64,000 nucleotides of DNA from Terriglobia bacterium (GTDB taxonomy: Bacteria > Acidobacteriota > Terriglobia > JAJPHL01 > JAPKYU01), in assembly GCA_965206645.1 (NCBI GenBank), contig CBDBKE010000003.1, forward strand, positions 849,690 to 913,689. Direction: 5' to 3'. The notes under the pieces are model-generated. The model ran no database searches. It was not told the origin of the DNA and saw only the letters and a list, made by a program, of their open reading frames with translations. This document shows, in pieces, positions 1 through 9,785 of the stretch; the first letter of the stretch is position 1, and every line of letters starts with the position of its first letter. The translations under genes were made by a program, and so were the position numbers.

Positions 1-38
1 GACCTCGGCGCAATCTGTGTCTATGCGTTGAAATCGCC

Positions 39-1247
39 TTGAGCTGGGCTGCCCTGACCCTGTGCGCCGTCGCTGCCGACTGGCCGCAGTTCGGCGGCCC
101 CCACCGAAACTTCACGACGGATTCCAAGGGCTTAGCTTCATCCTGGCCGCCGGAGGGCCCGCGTCGCCTCTGGAGCCGCCAGATGGGGGACGGTTACTCC
201 GGCATCACCGCGGATGACGGCACTCTGTTTACCATGTATCGCAAGGGGAAGCAGGAGGTCGTCATCGCTTTGGACGCCGGGACCGGCAAGACGCTCTGGG
301 AGCACGCCTACGCGGCACCCTTTCTCAGCTCGATGGACATGAAGCACGGTCCCGGCCCTCACTCCACTCCGCTGGTGGCGGGCGGGCGTGTGTTCACGGT
401 GGGAGTCACCGGGAAGTTCTTCGCGCTCGACAAGAAAACCGGAAAGGTGGAATGGTTTCACGATCTCTACCGGGATTTCCGTATCGACCAAAGGAACCGC
501 GGTTTCTCCTGTAGCCCCATTGCTTACCGGGACAAGGTGATCCTGCAAACCGGAGGCGCAGGCAACTCCATCATGGCCTTCCGGCAGACGGACGGCGCCG
601 TGGCCTGGAAGAAGGAGAGCTTCTCCAACTCTGCTTCCTCTCCCGTGCTGATCCACTTCGCAGGCCAGGAACAGTTGGTGGTGTTCATGGCGAAGCAGGT
701 CGTTGGCCTGGACCCCGGCAACGGCGAACTGATTTGGATGATCCCCCACCGAATCAGAAATGGGCTGAACATCAGCATGCCCGTGTGGGGGGAAGGCAAC
801 CTGTTGTTTTGCTCCTCGGCGTATGACGGAGGGAGCCGTCTCATCAAGCTGAGCAAGGTGGCCGGCAGAACTGTGGCCAGCGATATGTGGCACACCAACC
901 AGATGCGTGTGCACATCGGGAGCATTCTGCGGCTGGGCGACTACGTGTACGGTTCCAGTGGCGACTTCGGGCCGGCCTTCATCACCGCCCTCAATGTGCG
1001 CACCGGCAAGATCGCCTGGCGGGATCGCAGCTTTGCCAAGGCCAACCTGGTTTATGCCAATGGGAAACTCATCATCCTGGATGAGGACGGCCGCCTCGCT
1101 CTCGCCACAGTCTCCCCCGAAGGCCTGACGGTTCTCTCCCAGGTGGATTTGCTGCAGAGCAACTGCTGGACAGCCCCCTCTCTGGTCGGCAGGACCCTCT
1201 ACGTGCGCGACAGAAAGAGCATCGTGGCTCTGGACCTGGGGGGCTAG
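39..1247 (+). CDS. PQQ-like (BamB-type) beta-propeller secreted protein; frame is open to the window edge, so the true start may be upstream
   Basis: Signal-like segment then ADWPQFGGP; repeated ALDxxTGKxxW blades; ends LYVRD. Confidence 0.85.
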   Translation: MSWAALTLCAVAADWPQFGGPHRNFTTDSKGLASSWPPEGPRRLWSRQMGDGYSGITADDGTLFTMYRKGKQEVVIALDAGTGKTLWEHAYAAPFLSSMDMKHGPGPHSTPLVAGGRVFTVGVTGKFFALDKKTGKVEWFHDLYRDFRIDQRNRGFSCSPIAYRDKVILQTGGAGNSIMAFRQTDGAVAWKKESFSNSASSPVLIHFAGQEQLVVFMAKQVVGLDPGNGELIWMIPHRIRNGLNISMPVWGEGNLLFCSSAYDGGSRLIKLSKVAGRTVASDMWHTNQMRVHIGSILRLGDYVYGSSGDFGPAFITALNVRTGKIAWRDRSFAKANLVYANGKLIILDEDGRLALATVSPEGLTVLSQVDLLQSNCWTAPSLVGRTLYVRDRKSIVALDLGG

Positions 1248-1282
1248 CCCAGCAACCGGTCGGGGGAGCCAGGGTCGATTGC

Positions 1283-2419
1283 CTACTGGTTAACGGCGGG
1301 GAGGGCCATGTGAGCTTTAAGCTGCCGAATCGTGGCTTCCAGCGGCGAGGGTGCCGGGTCCAGGGCGGCGGCCCGTTTTAGGTAGTTGAGCAAGCCAGTG
1401 CGGGAATTCGTTGGGAGCTCAAGCTTCTTCCCCCGGTGCAAGGCGTAGGCGCGATTCTTCTCAATCAGCAAACAAGCCAGTCGGCCGCCGTAGAATATCG
1501 CCAGGCCTATATCGATCAAGATGACACGACCTCCGAATCGGGGCATGACCGCTCCGGGGGTAGCCGAGTGGGCCACGACGATTCTATCGCAACCGTAGTT
1601 ACTCAACACCGTCTCCAGCTGGGACTCCAGGGCCCCCTCATCTCTTCCCGCTAGCCCCCTGTACCACAGGGGCCCTTCTTCATCCATCACGACTCCACCC
1701 CGAAGCTTGCTCCAATCTCGGAGCTCCTCCCGAACCCGCTCATTGATTCGGCGGATGGAATCGTTTGCGTATTTCGGGCTGATCCCGCCGTGCATGAAAA
1801 TCGTGTCGTTAATCTTAATCACAGTATTGTGACGCCGAACCCACTTTCCGTATTTCCCGTTGGGCCCGAAATGGTAACGGTGCTCGGAATATCCCAGCGG
1901 ATGCCGAGACTCCCACTGTTTGCGGTAAGCTCCATCGAAAGCCGGTAGTCCTTCCGGCGGAGGGGATTCCTTCATCTTCTTAATATGCTGTTTATAGAAG
2001 AGATCGCGCTTCTTTTCCGATTTTTCATCACGAAACGCGGCATACTCCTCAGGCGAAACATAGCGAAGATCGCCGTACATATTCATCGCCTCGTGATTGC
2101 CGATCAAGGCGTGCACATAGCCCCCGGCTTTGCGAGCCTCCCGTTCCAGGCGCATCAACAGGTCCATCACCTTGCGCGACTCCGGTCCCCGATCGAGGAC
2201 GTCGCCGGTCTGTACCAGATGGGTCTTTCCTCCGGTCCATTCCTGCTTCGCGTTGATGAGGCCGGCCGAGTCAAGGAGAGCGACAAACTGCTCATAGTCC
2301 CCATGGACGTCCCCGATCGCCACGATCCTCTCCACTCCCTTCCAGACATCCTGACCGGCCACCGCCCAGTCGGCTGGCAAGGTAAGGAACAAGAGCAGAA
2401 TCAGCGGACGAAATACCAT
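1283..2419 (-). CDS. Secreted calcineurin-like metallophosphoesterase (Shewanella-like phosphatase type)
   Basis: GDVHG, GDVLDRG, GNHE, HGG, IDIG motifs; N-terminal signal peptide. Confidence 0.88.
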   Translation of the reverse strand: MVFRPLILLLFLTLPADWAVAGQDVWKGVERIVAIGDVHGDYEQFVALLDSAGLINAKQEWTGGKTHLVQTGDVLDRGPESRKVMDLLMRLEREARKAGGYVHALIGNHEAMNMYGDLRYVSPEEYAAFRDEKSEKKRDLFYKQHIKKMKESPPPEGLPAFDGAYRKQWESRHPLGYSEHRYHFGPNGKYGKWVRRHNTVIKINDTIFMHGGISPKYANDSIRRINERVREELRDWSKLRGGVVMDEEGPLWYRGLAGRDEGALESQLETVLSNYGCDRIVVAHSATPGAVMPRFGGRVILIDIGLAIFYGGRLACLLIEKNRAYALHRGKKLELPTNSRTGLLNYLKRAAALDPAPSPLEATIRQLKAHMALPAVNQ

Positions 2420-2707
2420 GGTTCACTCTCCAAAAGCGTATGTACCGGAATTTCCATTTTGAGCTTCCTCTTCACCCGAAAAGCTATGCCTCGTACCCTG
2501 TCGTGTCAACCGCAAACAGCTCTGGCCTCTTTGAGGTGGTAGTGCGGCACATTTTGGCTGTTCTTCGGAGTCGCTGTGCGGGTTTCGCCTGCCCAGCCTG
2601 CCGCGCCGCTGATACTTATCCGGCCCGACCACTTCTGAGCACCTGAAATTAGGGGATTGCTAACCTAAGTAGCCAAGCTCACATTAAATAGTAATGGGAA
2701 GAAGGGT

Positions 2708-2851
2708 TTACCGGCGGGGCTTCTCTTTGGTGAAGCCAGCGCCGCTCACCACTGCCTTGACCAGCTTTTCTGGAGTTGTGGTGGAAAGCACTCGCAGGTT
2801 GTCTCTGTATTGCTTTGATCTCGTCTTGCGGCCAGTTTTCTTGTCGCTCAT
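2708..2851 (-). CDS. Small basic hypothetical protein (about 47 aa from MSDKK)
   Basis: ATG with GAGGAG upstream; TPEKLVKAVV resembles small ORFs I associate with IS1595-type elements (recollection only). Confidence 0.35.
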   Translation of the reverse strand: MSDKKTGRKTRSKQYRDNLRVLSTTTPEKLVKAVVSGAGFTKEKPRR

Positions 2852-3007
2852 GGGGTTGCTCTCTCCTCTTTGGTCATGCCCTGTGTCCTCCCCCGCTGAC
2901 ATACAGTAACTACACTACCGTATTTCCGCTTGACATGCAACGCCACGTAGCGTTAGCCTTTTCTTGCCAAACATCACAGGTGCCGCCCCATCGTCGTGAG
3001 GTAGGAT

Positions 3008-3775
3008 TTGAATCTGGCGGCACGGAGGCCTATGCAGGACCTAGAGGGGAAGGAACGGCTCGACGTTCCGACGCACGAGCGTGCGTTTGAACTCGTTGAC
3101 AGGCTCGACAACGTGTCCTTCTTTAAAGTTGGCTTAGAGCTGCTTTTGGCCGGAGATGTGCTCGGGTTCATTAAAAAGCTCCAAGAGCGACGTTCTGTTC
3201 ATGGTGGTGTGTTTGTCGATCTGAAGCTCTCTGGAGACATCGGTAACACAATCAATAGGGTCGTTAAGGGATGCGTGGCCCTAAATGTAAAGTTCCTCAC
3301 ATTGGTGGAGACGAACCCACTGGCCATCACGCTCTCGACACTGAAGACGATTGGGATGACGCGAGGTTCAGCTAGGACCCCTCTGGTGCTAATGGTCCCG
3401 CTTCTGTCGAGCCTTGATACGGATGACCTCGCACAGATCGGAATAGTGAAGGATCCAAAGGATTACATCGTCGAGCGTGGGAGGGCCATGCTGTCGCACG
3501 GGTGCGACGGGTTGATCGTGTCTGGTCAAGCCATACGAACCTGTCGAGAAACTTTTCCGGACATCGACATTGTCAGTCCGGGAATACGGCCAAGATGGGC
3601 AACGTCGGACGACCACAAGCGATTCACAACCCCGTCTGAAGCAATACAAATGGGTGCCGATTACCTCGTTGTAGGACGCCCGATCAGGGAAGACAGGGAT
3701 CCTCGACGGGCTGCTCAGCGCATCATTGACGAGATCGATGAAGCGCTTCAACCGGCGTCCCCACGTCTTCAGTAG
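3008..3775 (+). CDS. pyrF: Orotidine-5'-phosphate decarboxylase-like protein, atypical
   Basis: FKVG, VDLKLSGDIGNT, SPGIRP, GADYLVVGRPI; catalytic motif has one extra residue and the N-terminal IVAL strand is missing. Confidence 0.75.
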   Translation: MNLAARRPMQDLEGKERLDVPTHERAFELVDRLDNVSFFKVGLELLLAGDVLGFIKKLQERRSVHGGVFVDLKLSGDIGNTINRVVKGCVALNVKFLTLVETNPLAITLSTLKTIGMTRGSARTPLVLMVPLLSSLDTDDLAQIGIVKDPKDYIVERGRAMLSHGCDGLIVSGQAIRTCRETFPDIDIVSPGIRPRWATSDDHKRFTTPSEAIQMGADYLVVGRPIREDRDPRRAAQRIIDEIDEALQPASPRLQ

Positions 3776-4027
3776 CACTTCGGTCCCTTGCAGCGTCTCG
3801 GAATCAGTGTTCTCGACTACCACTTGCGCGAACCTGATTAGATGTTCGATCCTTAGGGTTTATCAGGTAGGATTTATAATCCCCAAGCTAAGCGCAGGGC
3901 CTCATACTCCTCTTTTTCCTGCGGATCAGCAATTTCATCCAGGTAGGATTGCACTGGGCACACTCCTGTGATAGCTTTGGATTGAGCCCAGTGCTTCTCT
4001 GGAGCCGACTGCCATCGGCTCCTTGTA

Positions 4028-4953
4028 TTATCCCACCAAATCCTGATACCGCAACCGCTTCCCGTCCATGCCCTTGGCGATGTTCGCCATCTGGTCAATG
4101 GTGTCCAGCTCGCGGACGTTGTGGCGGACTCGCCCACGTAGCGACCCAGATGCTTAACGCTCATCTTGTGGAAGGTTCCGTGGTAGCCCCGCTTGAGTAG
4201 TGACCAGAATGACTCGACTCCGTTCGTGTGAGCCATGCCGTTCACAAACTGGCCCGTGCTGTGCTTGACGGTGGTGTGATTCGGCAGTCCCCGATAGGAG
4301 ATATGCTCATCGGTGTAGATGTCAGCGCCAGGCTCCGTGTTGCCGAGAATGAAGTCTTGCAGAGTTTCCATGCCTGTGTCGCTCACCACTTCGGCATTCA
4401 CCTTCCCCGTCGCCCGGTCCTTGACGCCAGCCACAATCGCCTTGCCGATAGGACCGCGACCGGCATCCAATTTCTTTTTGCCGTGCTTGTTTCGTTCCTT
4501 GCCGCCGATAAAGGTTTCATCCACTTCGACCGGGCCAGCGAACAACTCCCCCTTGTCCTCGAACGCTTTCCGCAGGCGGTGCGCCATATACCAAGCCGAT
4601 TTCTGCGATATTCCCAGATCACGATGCAGCTTCATGCTGGAGGTACCCTTGAGGCCCGTCGTGAACAGGTAAATGGAGATGATCCATGCCTGATAGCTGA
4701 TATTGGACCTTTGCATGACCGTGCCCGTCTTCGCGCTGAAGTGCTTGCGGCAACCTCGGCAGCGGTAAGGCATGGTGGGATGGTTGACCTTCGAGGTGCT
4801 TACCGATCCGCAGAGCGGGCAGCAGATTCCATTCGGCCAGCGTTGCTGCTCGAACCACACCTCGGCAGCCTGATCGTCCGGGAACATGCGGAAAAGCCTT
4901 GCGAGCGTGATGCCCTCCCTATAACTTTTACCGGGCGCTTTGCGTTTCTTCAT
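4028..4953 (-). pseudogene. IS1595-family transposase, frameshifted near 4130
   Basis: CPLCG..CRGC zinc finger, VEVDETFIGG, YTDE, HTNGVESFWS; the normal tail HNVRELDTIDQM..RLRYQDLVG* is in another frame and ends at 4028. Confidence 0.85.
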
Positions 4954-4982
4954 AATGGAACAATAGTAGCCAACTGGGAAGC

Positions 4983-6232
4983 TGACCTGACCGGCACTTT
5001 TTGTACCAAGTGGAAAGAGAGAGAATCCACTTGAGGAGGAAGTGAGGTCATGCCGACAAGGAGTTACAAGCCGGAGCAGATTGTAGCGGTGCTACGGCAG
5101 ATAGAAGTGCAGATGGGGAACGGGAAGACTGCGCCCCAAGCCTGCAAAGAAGCTGGAATCCACACCCAAACCTACTGCCGGTGGCGGAAGGAATACGGCG
5201 GGCTGAAGGTGGTGCAGGCAAAACGGCTAAAGGAGTTGGAGAAGGAAAACACGCGGCTGAAGCGGTTGGTAGCGGAGCTTTCTCTGGAGAAGCAGGTGCT
5301 GCGGGATGTGGCACAGGGAAACTTCTGAGCCCTGAGCGGCGGCGTTGTGCGGTGGAGCGTGCGTGGGAGCAACACGGGTTGTCGGAACGGCATGCCTGCC
5401 GGCTGCTGGGGCAATGGCGAGGGACACAACGATACGAGCCGATTCATCGGGTGGACGAGGATGCTCTGACCCGAGCGATCATTGCCCTGGGAGCGAACTA
5501 CGGGCGATATGGCTACCGGAGGATCACAGCGTTGCTGCGGAGTGCGGGCTGGGAAGTGGGCAAGGACCGGGTGCAGCGGATTTGGCGGCGGGAAGGGCTG
5601 AAAGTGCCGCAAAAACAAAGGCCGCGAGGACGGCTGTGGCTGAACGACGGTTCCTGTGTACGACTGAGGCCGGAGCGACCGAACCACGTGTGGAGCTACG
5701 ACTTCATGAGTGCCAGAACGCACGAGGGGAGAACGCTGCGGCTGCTGACCTTGCTGGATGAGTACACGCGGGAATGCCTGGCGATCCGGGTGGAGCGGAG
5801 GATGGGCAGCCAACAAATCATTGAGGCGTTGTCGGACGTGATGTTGTGGCGAGGGATACCGGAACAGATTCGATCCGACAATGGTCCCGAGTTCATCGCC
5901 AAACAACTGCGCCAGTGGTTGGCAAATCTAGGGACCGGGACACTGCACATCGAACCGGGCAGTCCCTGGGAGAACGGGTACTGCAAGAGTTTCAATGGGA
6001 AGCTGCGGGACGAATGCCTGAATGGAGAGATCTTCTACTCGTTGAAGGAGGCACAGGTGGTGATTGAACAGTGGAGGGTGCAATACAACACGGTGCGGCC
6101 GCACTCGGCGCTCGGCTATAGGCCCCCGGCGCCGGGGGCCTATAGCCCTCCCCTGCCACTGAAACCAGTTTCACAGCCCCAGGCTGCGATGTAAACTCTC
6201 ACTACGGTTGGTACAAAAAATCGGTCTGGTCA
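4983..6232 (+). mobile_element. IS3-family element (IS407-like), copy 1: orfA 5050-5328, orfB to 6194
   Basis: TIRs TGACCTGACCGGCACTTTTTGTACCAA / TGACCAGACCGATTTTTTGTACCAA; GGGAAAC frameshift site; the D-x35-E glutamate is Lys here (YCKSF), so probably inactive. Confidence 0.95.
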
Positions 6233-6287
6233 CCCATTGCCGCCTGACTCCGGATCACCAAACTTTGAAAACTCGAACGAACTGTCG

Positions 6288-6914
6288 ATGAACGAAAAGA
6301 TTGCCTGGTCTGGGGCTGTCACTTCGGTCCAACCTCGAATTCGCCTGACCCGTTCTTTCGATGAACGGAGCCACACTTATCTGGGTTACCTGTTGCGGAT
6401 TGAGGGAACAGTCGGCGGAGTTTCTGCTGAATTTCGAGTCGGTATTGGCTTCGGAACCCACGCCAAACACCAATTCCGAATGGGTGACCGCGTCGAGGGG
6501 CTGGGGCATCGAGTTGCGGATCCGCGACTCGAAACCGCCGACATCTATGGAGTCAGCAAACTGAAACTGATCCGGCGTGGAGAAGAGCAGGCCTTAGCGG
6601 CACCATGGCATGGAGTGCCTCCTCCGTTGCCCGCCTATCGCGAGCGCGGGCATCGGCGCCTGGCGGTAACGACCTACGATTCCAAATGTAATAGCTGTAT
6701 CTGGGGCTGTGCCATGGCTGTGGAAATGATCATCGACCAATGGAACCCCGACCGACGGCGCTACAGGACGGAAACCTTCTGTTACGGACCTCTGTCCTGT
6801 TCCAGCTACAAGCCCGGTCCCACCCGAAAGGTTCCCGGTCGCCACGGCATGACCTATGAAGAGGAAGACTGGGTCGACCAGGACGCCACCGCGCATCGCG
6901 GTCCGAATGAATAG
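6288..6914 (+). CDS. Hypothetical protein with Cys-rich C-terminal domain
   Basis: Clean ORF with protein-like composition; CNSCIWGC and FCYGPLSC. Confidence 0.65.
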   Translation: MNEKIAWSGAVTSVQPRIRLTRSFDERSHTYLGYLLRIEGTVGGVSAEFRVGIGFGTHAKHQFRMGDRVEGLGHRVADPRLETADIYGVSKLKLIRRGEEQALAAPWHGVPPPLPAYRERGHRRLAVTTYDSKCNSCIWGCAMAVEMIIDQWNPDRRRYRTETFCYGPLSCSSYKPGPTRKVPGRHGMTYEEEDWVDQDATAHRGPNE

Positions 6915-7040
6915 CAGCGATCCGGCTGATCAAGGACGCGCTTCCGTTTCTCCAGAAGGTCCTCTTTGAGGGCGTTATTAGTAATTCGCCAGCGACAGGC
7001 AAACAGGTCGATTTTTGATGCGCCATGGAAATAGGGTTTG

Positions 7041-7069
7041 TTGAGGATGAAGGAGTTAGGAGTTAGAAT
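7041..7069 (+). promoter_or_regulatory. Sigma70-like promoter for tRNA-Arg
   Basis: TTGAGG-N17-TAGAAT ending 8 nt before the tRNA. Confidence 0.55.
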
Positions 7070-7077
7070 GCACGTAT

Positions 7078-7153
7078 GCGCCCGTAGCTCAGAGGATAGA
7101 GCATCTGCCTTCTAAGCAGAGGGTCGCAGGTTCGAGTCCTGCCGGGCGCGCCA
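7078..7153 (+). tRNA. tRNA-Arg (TCT)
   Basis: Acceptor GCGCCCG/CGGGCGC, anticodon stem TCTGC/GCAGA with loop CTTCTAA, GGTTCGAGTCC, encoded CCA. Confidence 0.97.
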
Positions 7154-7309
7154 TCCTTTTCAACCGGTTAGAGGGGACCAGTTCCCACGGTCTGCCCGCT
7201 TGTCCACACAGATGTCCACACGAGTCCGGTAGATGCGGTGTTTTGTGCCGGTCTCCGATGTTTAGTGGCCGTTCGCAATTGCACACAATCCCCCGGCCGG
7301 CGCGAGATC

Positions 7310-7432
7310 ATGCGACGTTTCGCTGGCATCTACGCGCTCTATCGCCGAAAACGTCTCTACTACATCGGCCTGACTACGAACCTCCTAGGCCGAATCAAAT
7401 GGCATCTCCGAGACCGGCACGCGCGGAAGTGG
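7310..7432 (+). pseudogene. GIY-YIG nuclease fragment
   Basis: GIYALY..LYYIGLTTNLLGRIKWH. Confidence 0.55.
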
Positions 7433-7480
7433 GGTCTGCGCATTGCCGATCAAGCCGATCAAGGACCGCGTGGGACGACG

Positions 7481-7645
7481 ATGGCAAGGTTGAGTATCGC
7501 GATCGCCTCCTTGGTTCTGGCGTCCTCGGCCGCAACCTGGATGGTGACTGAGCCTGACGCAACGGAGATCGTCAGGCTCTCCGACCTAGCCATCCGAGGC
7601 AAAACGCTGCAGGGAAAGTCCTCCATGACGGTTCGTACTCCCGAC
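7481..7645 (+). pseudogene. N-terminal fragment of an outer-membrane lipoprotein-sorting (LolA-like) protein
   Basis: Signal peptide then PDATEIVRLSDLAIRG..SMTVRTPD; runs head-on into the next fragment. Confidence 0.4.
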
Positions 7646-7829
7646 CGTCGGAGCGCACCAGGCAGGGCCCGGAGGACTCGTTGAAGGCGAGGCCAAACTG
7701 CGCGCCCGGCACGGTGGTGATCATCACCTCGTAGAGGTCCCCTACCGTCTTGATAAAGTGGGATTGCCCAATCACCACGTTGGCCCCTTCGGGAATTTCG
7801 ATGCCGACAGCGTGCAGATTTACAGCCAT
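7640..7829 (-). pseudogene. Adenosine-specific kinase family, N-terminal fragment
   Basis: GGAGG RBS; NVVIGQSHFIKTV..FGLAFNESSGPCLVRSDG; truncated. Confidence 0.7.
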
Positions 7830-8052
7830 CCTTTCCTCCAGAAAAACAGCAGCATCGCCAGGTGTCAAGGGCGGAGTAAAACTAGACCACTCCGGCGGAG
7901 AGAAAGTAGACCAGTTCAGGGGTGGTGGAAGCTTTGATTTGAGAGGGAGTTGCGGGGGCGGTTGGAGCGGAGGCCTGCGACGCCCGCAGGGCGGCGCGGT
8001 TAGGCCGGAGTGGAAGCCGCTCTCGCAACTCGTCGCCCAGTATTGGGTGAGA

Positions 8053-8817
8053 TCAGGCGCGAGGCTTTCCGGAACGCCTTCGTTTGCTGTCCTTGAGCCG
8101 GCAACTTTCCCCGTTCATCTCCAGGATGTGGACATGGTGGGTGAGACGATCCAGCAGGGCTCCGGTCAGCCGCTCCGATCCGAAGGCCTCCGTCCATTCG
8201 TTGAACGGCAGGTTGCTGGTCACCACGGTGGCGCTGCGTTCGTAGCGCCGGCTGAAGACCTCAAACAGCAACTCCGCCCCAGTCTTGGATAGCGGCACGA
8301 AACCCAGCTCGTCAATGATCAACAGCTCGAAACTGGAGAGCATCTTCTGGAACCGCATCAGGCGCCGCTCGTCCTTGGCCTCGATCAGCTCATGCGCCAG
8401 GGAGGCCGCCGTAGTGAACCGGACCCGGAACCCTTTCTGACAGGCGGCCAGTCCCAGCGCCAACGCAATGTGGGTTTTTCCCGTGCCCGAGTTCCCTAAA
8501 GCCAGGATGTTCTCCTTGCGTTCGATGAACTCGCCTCGGGCCAGCTCGAGCACCAAGGCCTTATTCAGCGACGGAAGGGCCAGGAAATCGAAACTGTCGA
8601 GGCTCTTCACCACGTCGAACCTGGCTTGGTGAATGCGCCGCTCGGTGGCGCGCCGTTCCCGGTCCAGCAGCTCCAGCTCCGTCAACCGCAGCAGGTAGCG
8701 CGGGAAGTCCACGCCCTCGGCAGCGCACTGCTGCGCCACCTTGTCGTACTCACGCAAAAAGGTGGGTAATTGCAGGGCCTTCAGATGGTGTTCCAGCAAC
8801 ACCTGGGGCGTGTCCAT
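8053..8817 (-). CDS. istB: IS21 helper ATPase IstB
   Basis: GNSGTGKT, LLIIDELG, TSNLPF..W, LDRLTHH. Confidence 0.93.
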   Translation of the reverse strand: MDTPQVLLEHHLKALQLPTFLREYDKVAQQCAAEGVDFPRYLLRLTELELLDRERRATERRIHQARFDVVKSLDSFDFLALPSLNKALVLELARGEFIERKENILALGNSGTGKTHIALALGLAACQKGFRVRFTTAASLAHELIEAKDERRLMRFQKMLSSFELLIIDELGFVPLSKTGAELLFEVFSRRYERSATVVTSNLPFNEWTEAFGSERLTGALLDRLTHHVHILEMNGESCRLKDSKRRRSGKPRA

Positions 8818-9785
8818 CAGCAGACTCCTTCCCGGAGCAGGGTCAGATAGTCGGCGGCGGCTGTGGTGGCCACCTGCGTCGCCGGCAGGTGCGGATAGTG
8901 CTCCAGGTCCAGCCGCGCCGGCCGCTGCTCGATCCGGCCCAGCAGCAGATGCTTGACCGCGTCAGACCAGATCGCCCCCAGCCGCAAGGCGTCCTCGACG
9001 GCCAGCGACACTTCCGTCCAACGGAACGTCTCCAGCCGTCGCAGGACCTGCACATACTCCCGCTTGCCCTTCTTGCCTAACCGCGCCTCCATCAGCCGCC
9101 GCAGTTGCGCGAAGCCTTCCGGCAACTCCCAGCCGGCCAGGGGGGCGGCCTGGTTCAACGCGTTCGGCTTCTGCTCCAGCAGCGCCAGATAGTGCAACGG
9201 ATCGAAGATCATCTCTTCCCGTTCCTAGCTCCGGACATGGCGTGCGATCACTTCGCTCGCTGCACAGATCACCACTTCCTCGACGAATCCCTTCACCAGC
9301 ACCTCCCGGTGCCCCCAAGCCACCGGCACCGAATAGTCGTTGGATCGATACCGCACCAGCGACAGTGACGTCACCCGTGTGGTCCGTTTGTCGCAGGCCT
9401 CATAGGGCGTCGCCGGCAGGGGCAGCAGCCTCTGTTGATCCTTCGCGAACCGCTCGCCGATCGTCTCTTGATGTCCTCGCAGACGCCGCTCTCGCCGCCG
9501 GGTGCACTGTTCCCGCAGCTTCGCGTGCAACTCCTCCCAGCTGGCACACCGCGGCACCGGCACCAGGAAGTTCCGCCGCACGTAACCCACTAGTCCTTCC
9601 ACTTTCCCTTTGTCATTGCCCTTGCCCGGTCGTCCGAACTTCTCCGCAAACAGGTAGTGACTCTGCAGTTCGGAGAACGCCCGCGTCTTGTTCCGTGTTC
9701 CGTCACCCAGGATCTGCCTCACCGCCAGCTTGGTGTTGTCGTACAGGATCGTGCGAGGCACTCCGCCGAAGTAGCCGAACGCCTG
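8817..9785 (-). pseudogene. istA: IS21 transposase IstA, truncated and with an internal TAG near 9226
   Basis: ILYDN, KGKVEGLVGYVRRN, YSVP; two in-frame ORF pieces. Confidence 0.88.

Larger units (their letters stand above)
7863..9785 (-). mobile_element. IS21-family element, 5'-truncated by IS3 copy 2
   Basis: End TGTCAAGGGCGGAGTAAAACTAGACCA with internal repeat GGCGGAGAGAAAGTAGACCA; istA fragment plus istB. Confidence 0.9.

Noticed and set aside
7089-7286. 65-aa ORF
   Set aside because: Antisense translation of tRNA-Arg.
7238-7684. 148-aa ORF as a real GIY-YIG membrane fusion
   Set aside because: Better explained as a chance in-frame join of unrelated fragments at deletion junctions.
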